DNA of 60,998 bases, filler included. It is 6 parts of 6 records of this genome, joined end to end, with 100 filler letters (N's around TTAATTAATTAA, not from the genome) between each part and the next. Parts side by side here need not be neighbours in the genome. Positions count along the whole stretch, not along the records: positions 33,428 to 43,373 come from SRR31147125_13655; positions 43,474 to 52,480 come from SRR31147125_13739; 4 more parts are not named here. One strand, given 5' to 3'. Below the pieces are notes generated by a model. That model saw only the letters and a list, made by a program, of their open reading frames with translations. It searched no databases and had not been told where the DNA came from. This document shows, one piece after another, positions 42,236-51,861 of this stretch. Each line of letters starts with the position of its first letter. The stretch's first letter is position 1. The position numbers and the translations under genes were made by a program.

Positions 42236-43230
42236 TTAATTTTGAGGTTCAACAATAATTACCACATTTCCTTTTTTGCGGCCAGAATCGATGTATCTAT
42301 GCGCTTCTTCCAGCTTTTCGAGAGGGTATTGTCTGTCGATTGTTGTAGTTAAATGACCTTCTTTGTAAATCTCAATGAGTTCTGCTAATAACTTTTTTAG
42401 TTCCTCATCTTTTAGAAGACCGGTAGCACTAAATTTGGCTTTCTTTTTACCAAAAAGGGAGGTGCGCATCATTTGCAGTAAAAGAGGAATCTGCATTACA
42501 GGCGATAAATATGTGCCTGTTTTGGATAAGCATTTTTAGTTTTACTAAATGAGCTGCTGCCTATAGTATCGTAAACAACATCGTATGCATTACCATTTTT
42601 AGTGAAATCTTTTTTTGTATAATCGATTACGTTGTCGGCACCAAGAGATTTTACAAGACCTTCGTTTCGTCCGCTGCTTACGCCAGTAACCTCGGCGCCA
42701 AAATATTTTGCTAATTGAACAGCTGCTGTTCCAAGACTGCCAGAAGCACCGTTGATAAGAATTTTTTGTTCAGCTTTTAAATGAACGACATTCTTTAGAA
42801 AATTATAAGATGTTAGGTGGCCGTCGCATATAACAGCAGCTTCTGAATAACTAATTGAATCTGGCAGGTGCAGGATAACACCATTTTCAGAAATGGTAAA
42901 ATATTCGGCATTGGTGCTAAAACCTAATGTCGTTTCACCAAAAACTTTGTCGCCAGGTTTAAATGCGCTAACATGCTTACCTACAGATTCTACAATACCG
43001 GCGAAACCTGTTCCCGGAATGGGATGTTTCGGTTTTTTAATCCCTGTGAATAAACGTGCAAAATATGGTTTTCCGGTTCGCATCATGCTATCTGCTGTTG
43101 TTGCAGAAGAGGCATATACTTTTACAAGAACTTCGTTTTCATTGGGTACGGGTTTTTCAACATTTGTTAGTTGAAGTACGTCAGGTGTTCCATAACCTGT
43201 TGCTGTAATTGCTTTCATTGTTTTTTTCAT
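42236..43230 (-). CDS. NAD(P)-dependent MDR-family oxidoreductase (quinone-oxidoreductase-like); frameshift at the T5 run 42533-42537
   Basis: [33 protein letters not shown]. One extra A restores [18 protein letters not shown]. Confidence 0.88.
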
Positions 43231-43271
43231 TGTATTTATTTTTTTGTTGTTGATTACTAAAAACTATGAAG

Positions 43272-43279
43272 CAAATGTA
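43272..43279 (-). promoter_or_regulatory. Bacteroidota -7 promoter element
   Basis: TACATTTG on the minus strand, upstream of the oxidoreductase operon. Confidence 0.55.
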
Positions 43280-43373
43280 GGGGAGGTGCAACGCTCAAAT
43301 GTTCGGGAAAACATCAAAGAAGTTCGGAATTATAATATCGGACAAATAGGTCTTAAATTAGTGTCGAATTTTT

Positions 43374-43473
43374 NNNNNNNNNNNNNNNNNNNNNNNNNNN
43401 NNNNNNNNNNNNNNNNNTTAATTAATTAANNNNNNNNNNNNNNNNNNNNNNNNNNNNNNNNNNNNNNNNNNNN
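43374..43473. other. Artificial contig spacer
   Basis: N44-TTAATTAATTAA-N44. Confidence 0.99.
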
Positions 43474-43710
43474 TCCCTATCCATAAGACAGGAAATCGGT
43501 GACGTTGCAGGGTTGTGCGCAACCCTTTTTAATATTGGGCACATCCATTTGCAGAATAAAGAGCAGAAAGAGGCAGTGCAGGCATGGGTTACGGTTTATA
43601 GAATCGCCAAAAAGAGCAATCTGGCGCAAGCATTGGAAGCATTGGAAAACCTTGCGGAAAATCTTGGCCTACCTGGTGGCCTTGATGGATGGGGGAAATT
43701 GGGGAAATAA
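43474..43710 (+). CDS. TPR-containing host protein, C-terminal fragment
   Basis: SIRQEIGDVAGLCATLFNIGHIH is a TPR-type repeat. Confidence 0.65.
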   Translation, partial: SLSIRQEIGDVAGLCATLFNIGHIHLQNKEQKEAVQAWVTVYRIAKKSNLAQALEALENLAENLGLPGGLDGWGKLGK

Positions 43711-43995
43711 CCGGAAAGAATAATTGCGCACAATGTATAAAAAAATGGGGCAAGTTTATTTAGCCCGTCGGTTTTATTTTTGAAAATGCCGAATCAGGCG
43801 CAAAGAGTTTGATTTTCGGCATTAATAAAACAGAGCCTTTGAATTTTTCAACAGGCTCTGACTTAATGATGGAACACAGGTCAATCATGAATGATCCTTT
43901 TCTCTTTCCCCCCACACACAAAATACTCATAGTTGTGAATGAGAGTCTACGGTCAAAATATTACGCATAGAGGGGGGATATGCAGCAACTCCACT

Positions 43996-44745
43996 TTAAT
44001 AATGCGTCGATGTCTGAATCATTATCCGATCAATCCAAACCACTTGCCCAATAATCCTCACCCGATCCAAATCCCGCTCCACAGCCCCATATCTTTTGTT
44101 GATTGAACGAAGACAGATTTTTCCCTCCCCAAGCATTTCCAGTTGCTTGACCACGATCACATCATCGACCCCAATGGCAAAATATCCGAAATTTTGTGGT
44201 TGGCACCTGCCGGTATCGATCAATACCGAGTCTCCATGTTTGATTTCCGGGGACATTGAATCTCCTTCCACTTTCATCAAGATTAAATTTTTAACTGATG
44301 TGGCAACGTGTCGGAGGAAATTTTTCCGGAATGAGTAAAATTTACCATTTGTTCTCTCTGAAAAAACAAAATTACCGCCACCGGCGTTGAGAGCGGCTTC
44401 AGCCATGGCGACATATTCAAAATCATCGGAGGGTGGGCCAGGCCACTGAGGAATTTGGATGCCGTTGGGGCTGTTGGAGATTCTTTCTTTACACGAACAA
44501 TGGTCTTTGTGCTCTGTATTTGGGTGGTCATTTTTCATGGCACCTTGACCAGTAAGTAGCCAAGTCGGATTAAATTCGTATTTGTTAACTAAGTTCTCAA
44601 TAACGACGCCTTTAATATCGCCAGCGCATTTCTTGTAGGTCATTATAGTATTCCTACTCACGCCCAAATTTTTGGCTAATAAATCATAGGTTTCGTCAAT
44701 GTTTGTGATTGCATAGGCAATTCTGCTAGCAAGAGTATCTTTCAT
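43996..44745 (-). CDS. Phage CI-like repressor (HTH + S24 peptidase)
   Basis: LAKNLGVSRNTI HTH, WLLTGQG, VEGDSMSP (Ser), VVKQL (Lys), AG cleavage site in LNAGGG. Confidence 0.92.
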   Translation of the reverse strand: MKDTLASRIAYAITNIDETYDLLAKNLGVSRNTIMTYKKCAGDIKGVVIENLVNKYEFNPTWLLTGQGAMKNDHPNTEHKDHCSCKERISNSPNGIQIPQWPGPPSDDFEYVAMAEAALNAGGGNFVFSERTNGKFYSFRKNFLRHVATSVKNLILMKVEGDSMSPEIKHGDSVLIDTGRCQPQNFGYFAIGVDDVIVVKQLEMLGEGKICLRSINKRYGAVERDLDRVRIIGQVVWIDRIMIQTSTHY

Positions 44746-44788
44746 TGTAACTCCAGTAAACTATTTTGCATAATTTTTTATGTATAGC

Positions 44789-44829
44789 TCAAAATTTGAT
44801 TTGACTTGGTTCAAATATTGGACTATATC
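44789..44829 (+). promoter_or_regulatory. Putative early promoter with overlapping palindromic operators
   Basis: TTGACT-17 nt-TATATC, overlapped by TCAAAATTTGA and TCAAATATTGGA. Confidence 0.4.
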
Positions 44830-45076
44830 AAATGAAGAGGTTAAACAATTCACCAAGCTCACTATATTTTTTTTGATTTTCTTTGGCAATGTCAATTTTT
44901 AAAAGATTCAAAAGTGAAGTTTTGACAGTTTAATTATTTGTCTTTGAAATTTCATGATGAAAATCCGCTTGGATTAAATTTGTTGGAATTAAGGTGTGTT
45001 GCAAAAAATATCAAAATGCAATCTGGTCGGATATATTGGTGCCACCAAGAAAATGAGAGCAAGGAAGAACAAATTT

Positions 45077-45295
45077 ATGGACAGAAAAGTAAAAATGAAT
45101 GGCCGCCAGGTCAAAATTTGGTTGGTTGAGCAAAATATCATGCAAAAAGACCTGCGGAAGGAGATCGGAGTGGGGAAGGGCATGTTCAGTATGTTTGTCA
45201 ATGGCAAACGGACATCCCAGCCCCTGACGGATTTCCTCATCGCGAAGGGATGTCCAGAAGAATATTTCGATAATGGAAGAGTCAAAATCGCATAA
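45077..45295 (+). CDS. Ner/Cro-like HTH protein
   Basis: QKDLRKEIGVGKGMFSMFVNGKRTS HTH; divergent from the repressor; start uncertain. Confidence 0.75.
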   Translation: MDRKVKMNGRQVKIWLVEQNIMQKDLRKEIGVGKGMFSMFVNGKRTSQPLTDFLIAKGCPEEYFDNGRVKIA

Positions 45296-45301
45296 GGAGA
45301 T

Positions 45302-46102
45302 ATGCAAATGGCTGAAACGATAGCAGAACTACTTGAAGAAGGTGAAGACGTCACCAAGTGCTTGACCACCGGAGAGCGAGAGCGCCTGAAAGCTTGTGAA
45401 AAGATCATTGAAGACAATCTTCAGGCGGTTGTCAAAGTGGGCGAAGCACTGGCAGAGATCAGAGATTATCGACTTTATCGAAAGGATTACGACACCTTCG
45501 AGAGGTATTGTAAAAGCGTATGGGATTTCAGCAAGGCTTACGCCTACAGGATGATTAAAAGTAATGAAACCGTGGATTTGCTTTCTAAAAAAGTCGCCCA
45601 TGGGCGACAAAATAGCGAAAACGTAACTCATGAGCATGCCACCCCCACCCCACCGGATGAATACCCGAACCACCAGAATGAGCTTCAGTTTGAGGCTGGC
45701 GAAATAGGTCCCGAAGTTATTACTCTCCCTCAAAATGAGCGACAGATCCGTCCTTTGACCAAACTCAAAGATCCAGAAGAGCGCGTCAAAGCCTGGGATC
45801 TTGTCATGCAAAAGCAGAAGGAAGGGAAAAAGCTCACCGCCTTCTTGGTTCAGGAATGCGTCAAGGAAATAAAAGGTGATGCAGAGGAAACAAAGAAAAA
45901 GAGCGCCAAAAAAGCCGTGAAGCAGAAAGAAAAAGAGGTCGAGGACAGCCACCGCCTCAGTGAGATCTTCAAAACTCAGTACAACGTACTGCTTCAAATT
46001 GTTTTTGACGAGAAGAATGCGGAGTGGACCAGATCTTCAAAAAATGAAGTGCTCAGGTATCTCAGGGAGTTGGTGGAGATAGCAGAGAGAGACGACTATT
46101 GA
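45302..46102 (+). CDS. Phage protein (DUF3102-like N-terminal region)
   Basis: VGEALAEIRD..LYR..Y.TFERYC...W.FS...AYRMI, NERQIRPL; RBS AAGGAG. Confidence 0.6.
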   Translation: MQMAETIAELLEEGEDVTKCLTTGERERLKACEKIIEDNLQAVVKVGEALAEIRDYRLYRKDYDTFERYCKSVWDFSKAYAYRMIKSNETVDLLSKKVAHGRQNSENVTHEHATPTPPDEYPNHQNELQFEAGEIGPEVITLPQNERQIRPLTKLKDPEERVKAWDLVMQKQKEGKKLTAFLVQECVKEIKGDAEETKKKSAKKAVKQKEKEVEDSHRLSEIFKTQYNVLLQIVFDEKNAEWTRSSKNEVLRYLRELVEIAERDDY

Positions 46103-46113
46103 TGAGGTGACCC

Positions 46114-48435
46114 ATGGCACTGGTAGCGGAAAACATACTGGCCGAAGCCTTGGGACTGGACGAAAAGAGCGTCCAGCTTCGATGTGTCGAGAAAAAATGG
46201 CCTCTTGTAAAGAAGTCTGAGCAGGGTGGAACCGGTCGATACTATATCGATTTTCTGTTGCCGGAAAAGATACGCCAGGCGGTCGTGGAATATCAATCCA
46301 AAGAGCAAAAATCCCTTGTTGCCGCTAATCAGCAGGCATCAGAGCGGACAACGATGATCCCGGAAAGTGCCAAAGGGGAGGGGCTGGCAAAATATCAGCT
46401 GATCCACGCATACCGAAAAGTCAAGCAGGTCGCGCCCCATGGCCAAAAGAGCCAAGCGGCAAATGACTTTCTTCTGGGCTACAACTCCGGCGTACTCATG
46501 GCATCGGTGTTTGAGAAGGTCGGGACGATTAAAAAATCGACCATCGATAATCTGGATACAAAACTCACCGAAAACAACGACGATTATCTCTGTCTCTGCG
46601 ACGGCAGGGGCGGATGGAAAAAATATGGCACCAAAAAGTGGAAAGGTCGGGGGCTCTCCGAATCAGCCAAAGCGATCTTTCTCAAATGCTACCTGAACCA
46701 GTCCAGGCCCAGCGTGGCCATGGCGATTCGGGGAACGAGGATGACCTTGAAAGAAGAGAAAAATATTACAGAACCCGCCAGCGACAAGACGTTTCGGCGC
46801 TGGTTTAAAGATTACGAAAAGCATAACGCCCATGTGGTCTGCATGGCTCGGGAAGGCGTCAAAGCGTACACCGATAAATTCGGTGCTTATGCCGACCGGG
46901 ATGCAGCTCTTTTAAAAGTGGGGCAATGCCTGGTTGCCGACGGCAAGACCCTCAATTTTTTTATTCTCCACCCGGAGACGGGTCGACCGGTCCGTATGAC
47001 GCTCATCGTCTTCCTGGACTGGCGGAGCCGCTATCCGGTGGGATGGCAGATCATGCCTACGGAAAACACGCTGGGGATCCTGGCGGCATTCCGTAATGCT
47101 GTGGCCACCCTGGGCGACTATCCCCAGAGCGTCTATTTGGATAACGGGAAAGCCTTTAAATCCAAGTTTTTCACAGAAACAAACCCCAACCTGGAAGAGC
47201 TGACCGGGCTTTATGCACGGGTCGGAACTGCCGTCACCTTTGCCAAGCCTTATAACGGACGGGCCAAGGTTGTGGAACGCTTTTACAGAACCATCCAGGA
47301 ACAGCTTGAATTCATGATGCCCTCTTACTGTGGGGATTCCATCACCACCAAACCGGCATGGATGAGTCGAAACGAAACATTCCATCAGGCCTGGCATGAC
47401 GCTAAAACAAAAAACTGGATACCCACCATCCGGGAAGCTGCTTACATCATCAAGCGTTATTTCGAGTGGTATGCCAATCAGCCTCACAATGACCTGGAAG
47501 GTACACCGGCGGATATCTTCCTTCCCCATAAAGGCACTGGTGTTGATCCGATCCAGCTGAATCATGATTTCTTGTGGCGCAAGGAAGTGACGCCCCATAA
47601 CTGCCGAATCACCCTGTGGAATATCGATTATGAGGCGGACGGACTCCACGGTCTCTCCAAAAAGCACAAGGTCATTGCCATGTTCGACACCGCAGATATG
47701 CGCAAGGTGTGGTGCTACACCCAGGATGGGGAGTACCTCTGTGAAGCCGATCCGGTCGCGGCCCTGCATCCCCTGGCCAAATTGTTTGGTGGAGAGGTGG
47801 CTCTGGAGCAGGTTCACGAGCACAACAAACGCCTCCGCAAACTCACCAAAGATACCAAGCAACAACTGGCTGCCGCAGGTATCAGCAAAGAGACCCAGGA
47901 AGCCATGAATGTTCTGCCGTTCGCCAAAAAGGTGCCCATCCTGATTGATGGTCATGCAGATGATCCCGAGCTTCCTGCACCAAAACCGGCATTACCCGAA
48001 CCCAGGGGTAAAGAAGAGGCGGAGATTATCGAGATATCCGATGATGAAGCCGAGCGTCTGGAGGCTCTTCTCAACCGGGGAGATCAAGAGAAAGATCCGA
48101 TCCCGGAAGCTGAAATCGTGGATGAGGATGAGCTCTCTCACCTGGAGTCCTTGTTAGATGAAACCGAAAACGAACCCTTCCATGCACCGGAAGAGGAACG
48201 CGGAGAAGGCGATGAATTGAGCCGTCTGGAAGCACTCACACGCACATCTGAAGAGCAAAATGATTCGGAGTTGGAAGAGCCGCAAGAAACCGCACCCGAT
48301 GACCAAGACGAAGAATTGAAACGATTGGAAATGATGCTCAATCAGAGCGAACAGAGCCAAAAACAGCCACGAGAGCCGGAGCAGGCATCCGAAGATGATG
48401 AGATTGAGCGCCTGAATAAGCTGTTGGGGCTGTAA
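46114..48435 (+). CDS. Mu-like DDE transposase A with acidic repeat tail
   Basis: Mu-type HTH N-terminus; catalytic LVADG / YLDNG / VVERF; Mu transposase C-terminal region. Confidence 0.9.
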   Translation: MALVAENILAEALGLDEKSVQLRCVEKKWPLVKKSEQGGTGRYYIDFLLPEKIRQAVVEYQSKEQKSLVAANQQASERTTMIPESAKGEGLAKYQLIHAYRKVKQVAPHGQKSQAANDFLLGYNSGVLMASVFEKVGTIKKSTIDNLDTKLTENNDDYLCLCDGRGGWKKYGTKKWKGRGLSESAKAIFLKCYLNQSRPSVAMAIRGTRMTLKEEKNITEPASDKTFRRWFKDYEKHNAHVVCMAREGVKAYTDKFGAYADRDAALLKVGQCLVADGKTLNFFILHPETGRPVRMTLIVFLDWRSRYPVGWQIMPTENTLGILAAFRNAVATLGDYPQSVYLDNGKAFKSKFFTETNPNLEELTGLYARVGTAVTFAKPYNGRAKVVERFYRTIQEQLEFMMPSYCGDSITTKPAWMSRNETFHQAWHDAKTKNWIPTIREAAYIIKRYFEWYANQPHNDLEGTPADIFLPHKGTGVDPIQLNHDFLWRKEVTPHNCRITLWNIDYEADGLHGLSKKHKVIAMFDTADMRKVWCYTQDGEYLCEADPVAALHPLAKLFGGEVALEQVHEHNKRLRKLTKDTKQQLAAAGISKETQEAMNVLPFAKKVPILIDGHADDPELPAPKPALPEPRGKEEAEIIEISDDEAERLEALLNRGDQEKDPIPEAEIVDEDELSHLESLLDETENEPFHAPEEERGEGDELSRLEALTRTSEEQNDSELEEPQETAPDDQDEELKRLEMMLNQSEQSQKQPREPEQASEDDEIERLNKLLGL

Positions 48436-48456
48436 ACATAAGAAAGGAAGAACACC

Positions 48457-49179
48457 ATGAAAGATAAAATTTTAAAAGACCTTCCACGGATGCTTCAATT
48501 TTATGAAGCCGCTAACGTCGTTACGGACACAAAAAAAGGCCAACCCGGTTTCATGTTGGCCTGGGGTATCTCCGGACGGGGAAAATCCGAATGTGCCGAA
48601 CAATTTAGTTTGGATACCGGGGCGATTTTGATGCGGTTTCAGCAGGGTTGGACCCCTCTGGAGATGTTGAAATGGCTTTGCAAAGAGATGAACGGCATGG
48701 AGCCCAAGAGTATTGCCAAGGCAAAATACATTATCCAGGAGGAGCTGGATGCAACAGGGAACAGTATTGTTGTGGATGAGGCGGATCGGCTCTCTATTGA
48801 TCACTTTGAACATTTCCGGGACATCTTTGACAACATCGGTACTCCGGTCATTTTTGTGGGGGAGCCCAACCTTTATCATAAACTCTCCGAACACCCCCGA
48901 TTTATCAAACGGACCACGCGAAGCATCGAAATCGGTCCCGTTACTTCTGAAGATGTTGTCAAGCTGACCCTGGGATTGACCAATTTGAAAATCAAACCGC
49001 TGGCAGCCGTTCAGATGGCAAAGAAGAGCCAGGGGTCAATTGCCGAAATCAATAAATATCTCTACGAATTGGAAAAAATAGCCGCTCAGAATGACGAAAC
49101 ATGGATTACCCCGGAGATGCTCAAGGTCATCCCTGAAAGAATCATCAAGCCGAAAGTAAAAGGAAATAAAATCAAATGA
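48457..49179 (+). CDS. MuB-like AAA+ transposition ATPase
   Basis: Walker A GISGRGKS, Walker B IVVDEAD, FVG; follows the transposase. Confidence 0.88.
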   Translation: MKDKILKDLPRMLQFYEAANVVTDTKKGQPGFMLAWGISGRGKSECAEQFSLDTGAILMRFQQGWTPLEMLKWLCKEMNGMEPKSIAKAKYIIQEELDATGNSIVVDEADRLSIDHFEHFRDIFDNIGTPVIFVGEPNLYHKLSEHPRFIKRTTRSIEIGPVTSEDVVKLTLGLTNLKIKPLAAVQMAKKSQGSIAEINKYLYELEKIAAQNDETWITPEMLKVIPERIIKPKVKGNKIK

Positions 49180-49829
49180 AGGATCTCGTACAGATGGTCA
49201 AGAACCTGGCGGCAGCCAAAGGATTTATCAGAAAGAAAGAGGTTCGGGCCTCCCTCGATCTGACAACAGGGCAGGTGGATAGTGCTTTTCAAAACCTTTG
49301 TGAGTTAGGGTATTTGGAGCGAATCGAACGGGGGCATTACAGATTTATTGAGCAAGTGGAAAAAAACATTAAGGACAAAAAAGAGAAAGCTTGGCGAGTC
49401 ATGAAACTAAGGCGAGTCTTTTCAGCCTCAGATATCTCCAAGCGGATAGAGTCCACTAAAGAGTACGTTTATAAGCTGATTCGAAAGCTCCATGCCGACG
49501 GCTACATCAAACCGGCAGGTGTCCGTAAAACATACGGCAGTGGTCAGGAAAAGCTGTGGCGTTTGACCCTCAAAGGACAAGAGAAGGCGCGAAGACCTCG
49601 TCTTGAGACGTTCAAGTCCAATCCTCTAACCCTCAAAGCCCTTCAGCTGGATCGCTTGATTTATTCGGAGCTGGTGCTGAGGGACCGGAAGTCTGCCGAT
49701 CAGGCGCTTGCCCTGATGGATGAGATGAGTGAGCAGATTCGTAAAATTAACGCTGAGATGGGAGATGTCGAACCGACACATGAAGAGATCGAGGCAGAAA
49801 TCGAAAATCTCGATCGATCAGAAGAATAA
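49176..49829 (+). CDS. Phage tandem winged-helix DNA-binding protein
   Basis: LCELGYLERIERGHY and YVYKLIRKLHADGYI winged-helix motifs. Confidence 0.65.
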   Translation: MKDLVQMVKNLAAAKGFIRKKEVRASLDLTTGQVDSAFQNLCELGYLERIERGHYRFIEQVEKNIKDKKEKAWRVMKLRRVFSASDISKRIESTKEYVYKLIRKLHADGYIKPAGVRKTYGSGQEKLWRLTLKGQEKARRPRLETFKSNPLTLKALQLDRLIYSELVLRDRKSADQALALMDEMSEQIRKINAEMGDVEPTHEEIEAEIENLDRSEE

Positions 49830-49951
49830 AAAAACTCTTCTCGGATGCGCCAACATCCGGGAAGAGCCAATAACCGCATCATTTCGCCCCAAGCGAGATG
49901 CAAAATCAGGGTAGTCGGATTGGCCGCCCTTGTCAATGAAAGGAATAAATC

Positions 49952-50173
49952 ATGAGCATTTTCAAAAGAAAAACCATCACCCCCAACCGCAGAGTGGAGA
50001 TGCCCCTCTATCTCAACAACGCTCTGATTTGCGTGGACTGTCTGCATATCTATCCGTCCTCATCTCTGCACCGATGCTGCCCCAAATGCGCATCGGAACA
50101 AACCATTCCCCTTTCCAAGTGGGTACCGGTACCGGGGAAAAGCTATCGAACCTACATGCATGAGGTGATGTGA
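49952..50173 (+). CDS. Small zinc-ribbon phage protein
   Basis: CVDC...CPKC; RBS AAGGA. Confidence 0.6.
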   Translation: MSIFKRKTITPNRRVEMPLYLNNALICVDCLHIYPSSSLHRCCPKCASEQTIPLSKWVPVPGKSYRTYMHEVM

Positions 50174-50445
50174 TGTGTAAAACGATCGTCAGTATTGATC
50201 AACTATTGGAAGTCATCAACAGCATGGCCATGGGTGGAGTGGTGATCAAAGTCTACAATAAAGAGATCGCCGGGCTGTATGAGGATATCGACATCATCCG
50301 GGATCCATCGACAGATACCTTTATCCATGAAACGGACTGTAAGTTGGAGCCGGAAGATATCGCCAATGTTCATCTCGAATCCCTGGAGATGAGGCTGGAG
50401 AGAATAGGTCTTGTCAGGCCGATGGGAGGCGACTATGCCAACTAG
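50173..50445 (+). CDS. Phage hypothetical protein
   Basis: Start/stop coupling with neighbours; RBS GAGGTG. Confidence 0.55.
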   Translation: MCKTIVSIDQLLEVINSMAMGGVVIKVYNKEIAGLYEDIDIIRDPSTDTFIHETDCKLEPEDIANVHLESLEMRLERIGLVRPMGGDYAN

Positions 50446-50875
50446 CAAACAACTGGCCGTTATCCACGTCGCAAAAAAACAACTCGGCCTATCCGACGAC
50501 GATTACCGGTTCCTTCTCAGCTCTTTTCTAACTCCGACCGGAGCGCCCATCCAATCTTCGAAACAGCTCAACGCCCGGCAGTTCAACGAGCTGATGGACT
50601 ATTTCAGAGGGCGGGGATTCGAAACCAAAAGCGGCAAGAAATACCGCAAGATCACAAACGAGCAGATGGGCAAGGCCAACGCCATCCGTCTGGATTTGGG
50701 TGAAGAGTGGGACTATGTGGACAGCATTTGCAAGAAAATGTCAAAGGCGGAGCTGGGCCGAACCATAGAACGGTTCGAATGGCTGCCGGGTGATATCCAA
50801 CAGAAGGTCCTTCAGTCCCTGATCATTCATCAAAACCGTCAACAGAAAAAAAACAAGGAGACCGTCAATGAGTGA
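50435..50875 (+). CDS. Mu GemA/gp16-like (DUF1018) protein
   Basis: QLAVIHVAKKQLGLSDDDYR...SSKQL...GF signature; start MPTSKQ after GGAGG. Confidence 0.82.
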   Translation: MPTSKQLAVIHVAKKQLGLSDDDYRFLLSSFLTPTGAPIQSSKQLNARQFNELMDYFRGRGFETKSGKKYRKITNEQMGKANAIRLDLGEEWDYVDSICKKMSKAELGRTIERFEWLPGDIQQKVLQSLIIHQNRQQKKNKETVNE

Positions 50876-51254
50876 ATATCGGTTGAAACACCTGTCCAAG
50901 CACTTTTGCGAACGATGGTGCGAGCGCGTCAGTAATGGCGTCATGCCCCAGATGGCGGCGATCAGGCAGATTATCAAGGAAGGGATCATCACTCAGAGTT
51001 TCAGAGTGCTTTACACCGCCAAAGGGGAGCCTCAAAAGATCCTGGCCACGTTCTGGCACCCCCCGCTCAACGTGACCATCAGTTTGGATAAGAGCACCGG
51101 TACGGCGGTCTCGGTCTTGAGTGAGAAGAACATGCCGGGAGTTGTGAAACCCCACCGCCAGAAAGCTGTCAAGAAAGTGAAATTCAACAAACGAAAACCG
51201 GACGTTTGGCCCGGTCAAAGACGCGTCAAAAGGGAGGTAAATCATGCTGGATAA
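50868..51254 (+). CDS. Phage hypothetical protein
   Basis: Coupled ORF with LSKHFCERWCERV motif. Confidence 0.6.
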   Translation: MSEYRLKHLSKHFCERWCERVSNGVMPQMAAIRQIIKEGIITQSFRVLYTAKGEPQKILATFWHPPLNVTISLDKSTGTAVSVLSEKNMPGVVKPHRQKAVKKVKFNKRKPDVWPGQRRVKREVNHAG

Positions 51255-51861
51255 ACTCGAAATGAACGAATACATGGAGGACGGCAAGGGACGTCTGGTC
51301 CCCAAAGAGAACATCGAAGAGATCGACCTCACCCGCGACAGCCTGGTCAATCATCTGATTCAAAAGGGTCTGGATCTCCAGGCGGAAATGAAAGCCTTCA
51401 AAACCATGGCCATGGATGAGGTCAAGTCCTTTATCGAGCTCTCCGCCAATGAGTACGATGTCGCCATTGGCGGCAAAAAAGGCAACGTCACCCTCATGTC
51501 CTTCAACGGCAAGTTCAAAATTCAGGTGGCCGTGGCGGACAACCTTGTGTTTGACGAGCGTCTCAAGGTCGCCAAAAAGAAAATCGACGAATGCCTCCAA
51601 ACATGGACGGAAGATGCCAATACCAACATCAAGGCCCTTGTTGACGACGTGTTCCAGGTGGATCGAGAAGGCAATCTCAGCACCCAAAGAATCCTGGAGC
51701 TCCGCCGTTATAAGATCGACGATCCGCTTTGGAAAGAGGCCATGGAAATCATCGGCAAGAGCCTTCAGGTGGTGAGCACCAAAGAGTATTTCCGTCTCTA
51801 TCGTCGGGATCCGACAGACCAGCGATGGAACGCCATCAGCCTGGATTTTGCCGCCCTATGA
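51244..51861 (+). CDS. DUF3164-family Mu-like phage protein
   Basis: YMEDGKGRLVP, GGKKGNVTLMSF, FDERL, W..AM, ISLDFA. Confidence 0.85.
   Translation: MLDKLEMNEYMEDGKGRLVPKENIEEIDLTRDSLVNHLIQKGLDLQAEMKAFKTMAMDEVKSFIELSANEYDVAIGGKKGNVTLMSFNGKFKIQVAVADNLVFDERLKVAKKKIDECLQTWTEDANTNIKALVDDVFQVDREGNLSTQRILELRRYKIDDPLWKEAMEIIGKSLQVVSTKEYFRLYRRDPTDQRWNAISLDFAAL

Noticed and set aside
29069-43230. Programmed frameshifting or true pseudogenes in dcuC, the TonB receptor and the oxidoreductase
   Set aside because: Single-base losses in A runs with otherwise intact frames in unrelated genes; sequencing error is more parsimonious
46114-49179. Transposase plus ATPase as a Tn7/CAST system
   Set aside because: No TniQ/TnsD or Cas genes; the flanking repressor, Ner-like, GemA-like and DUF3164-like genes indicate a Mu-like phage
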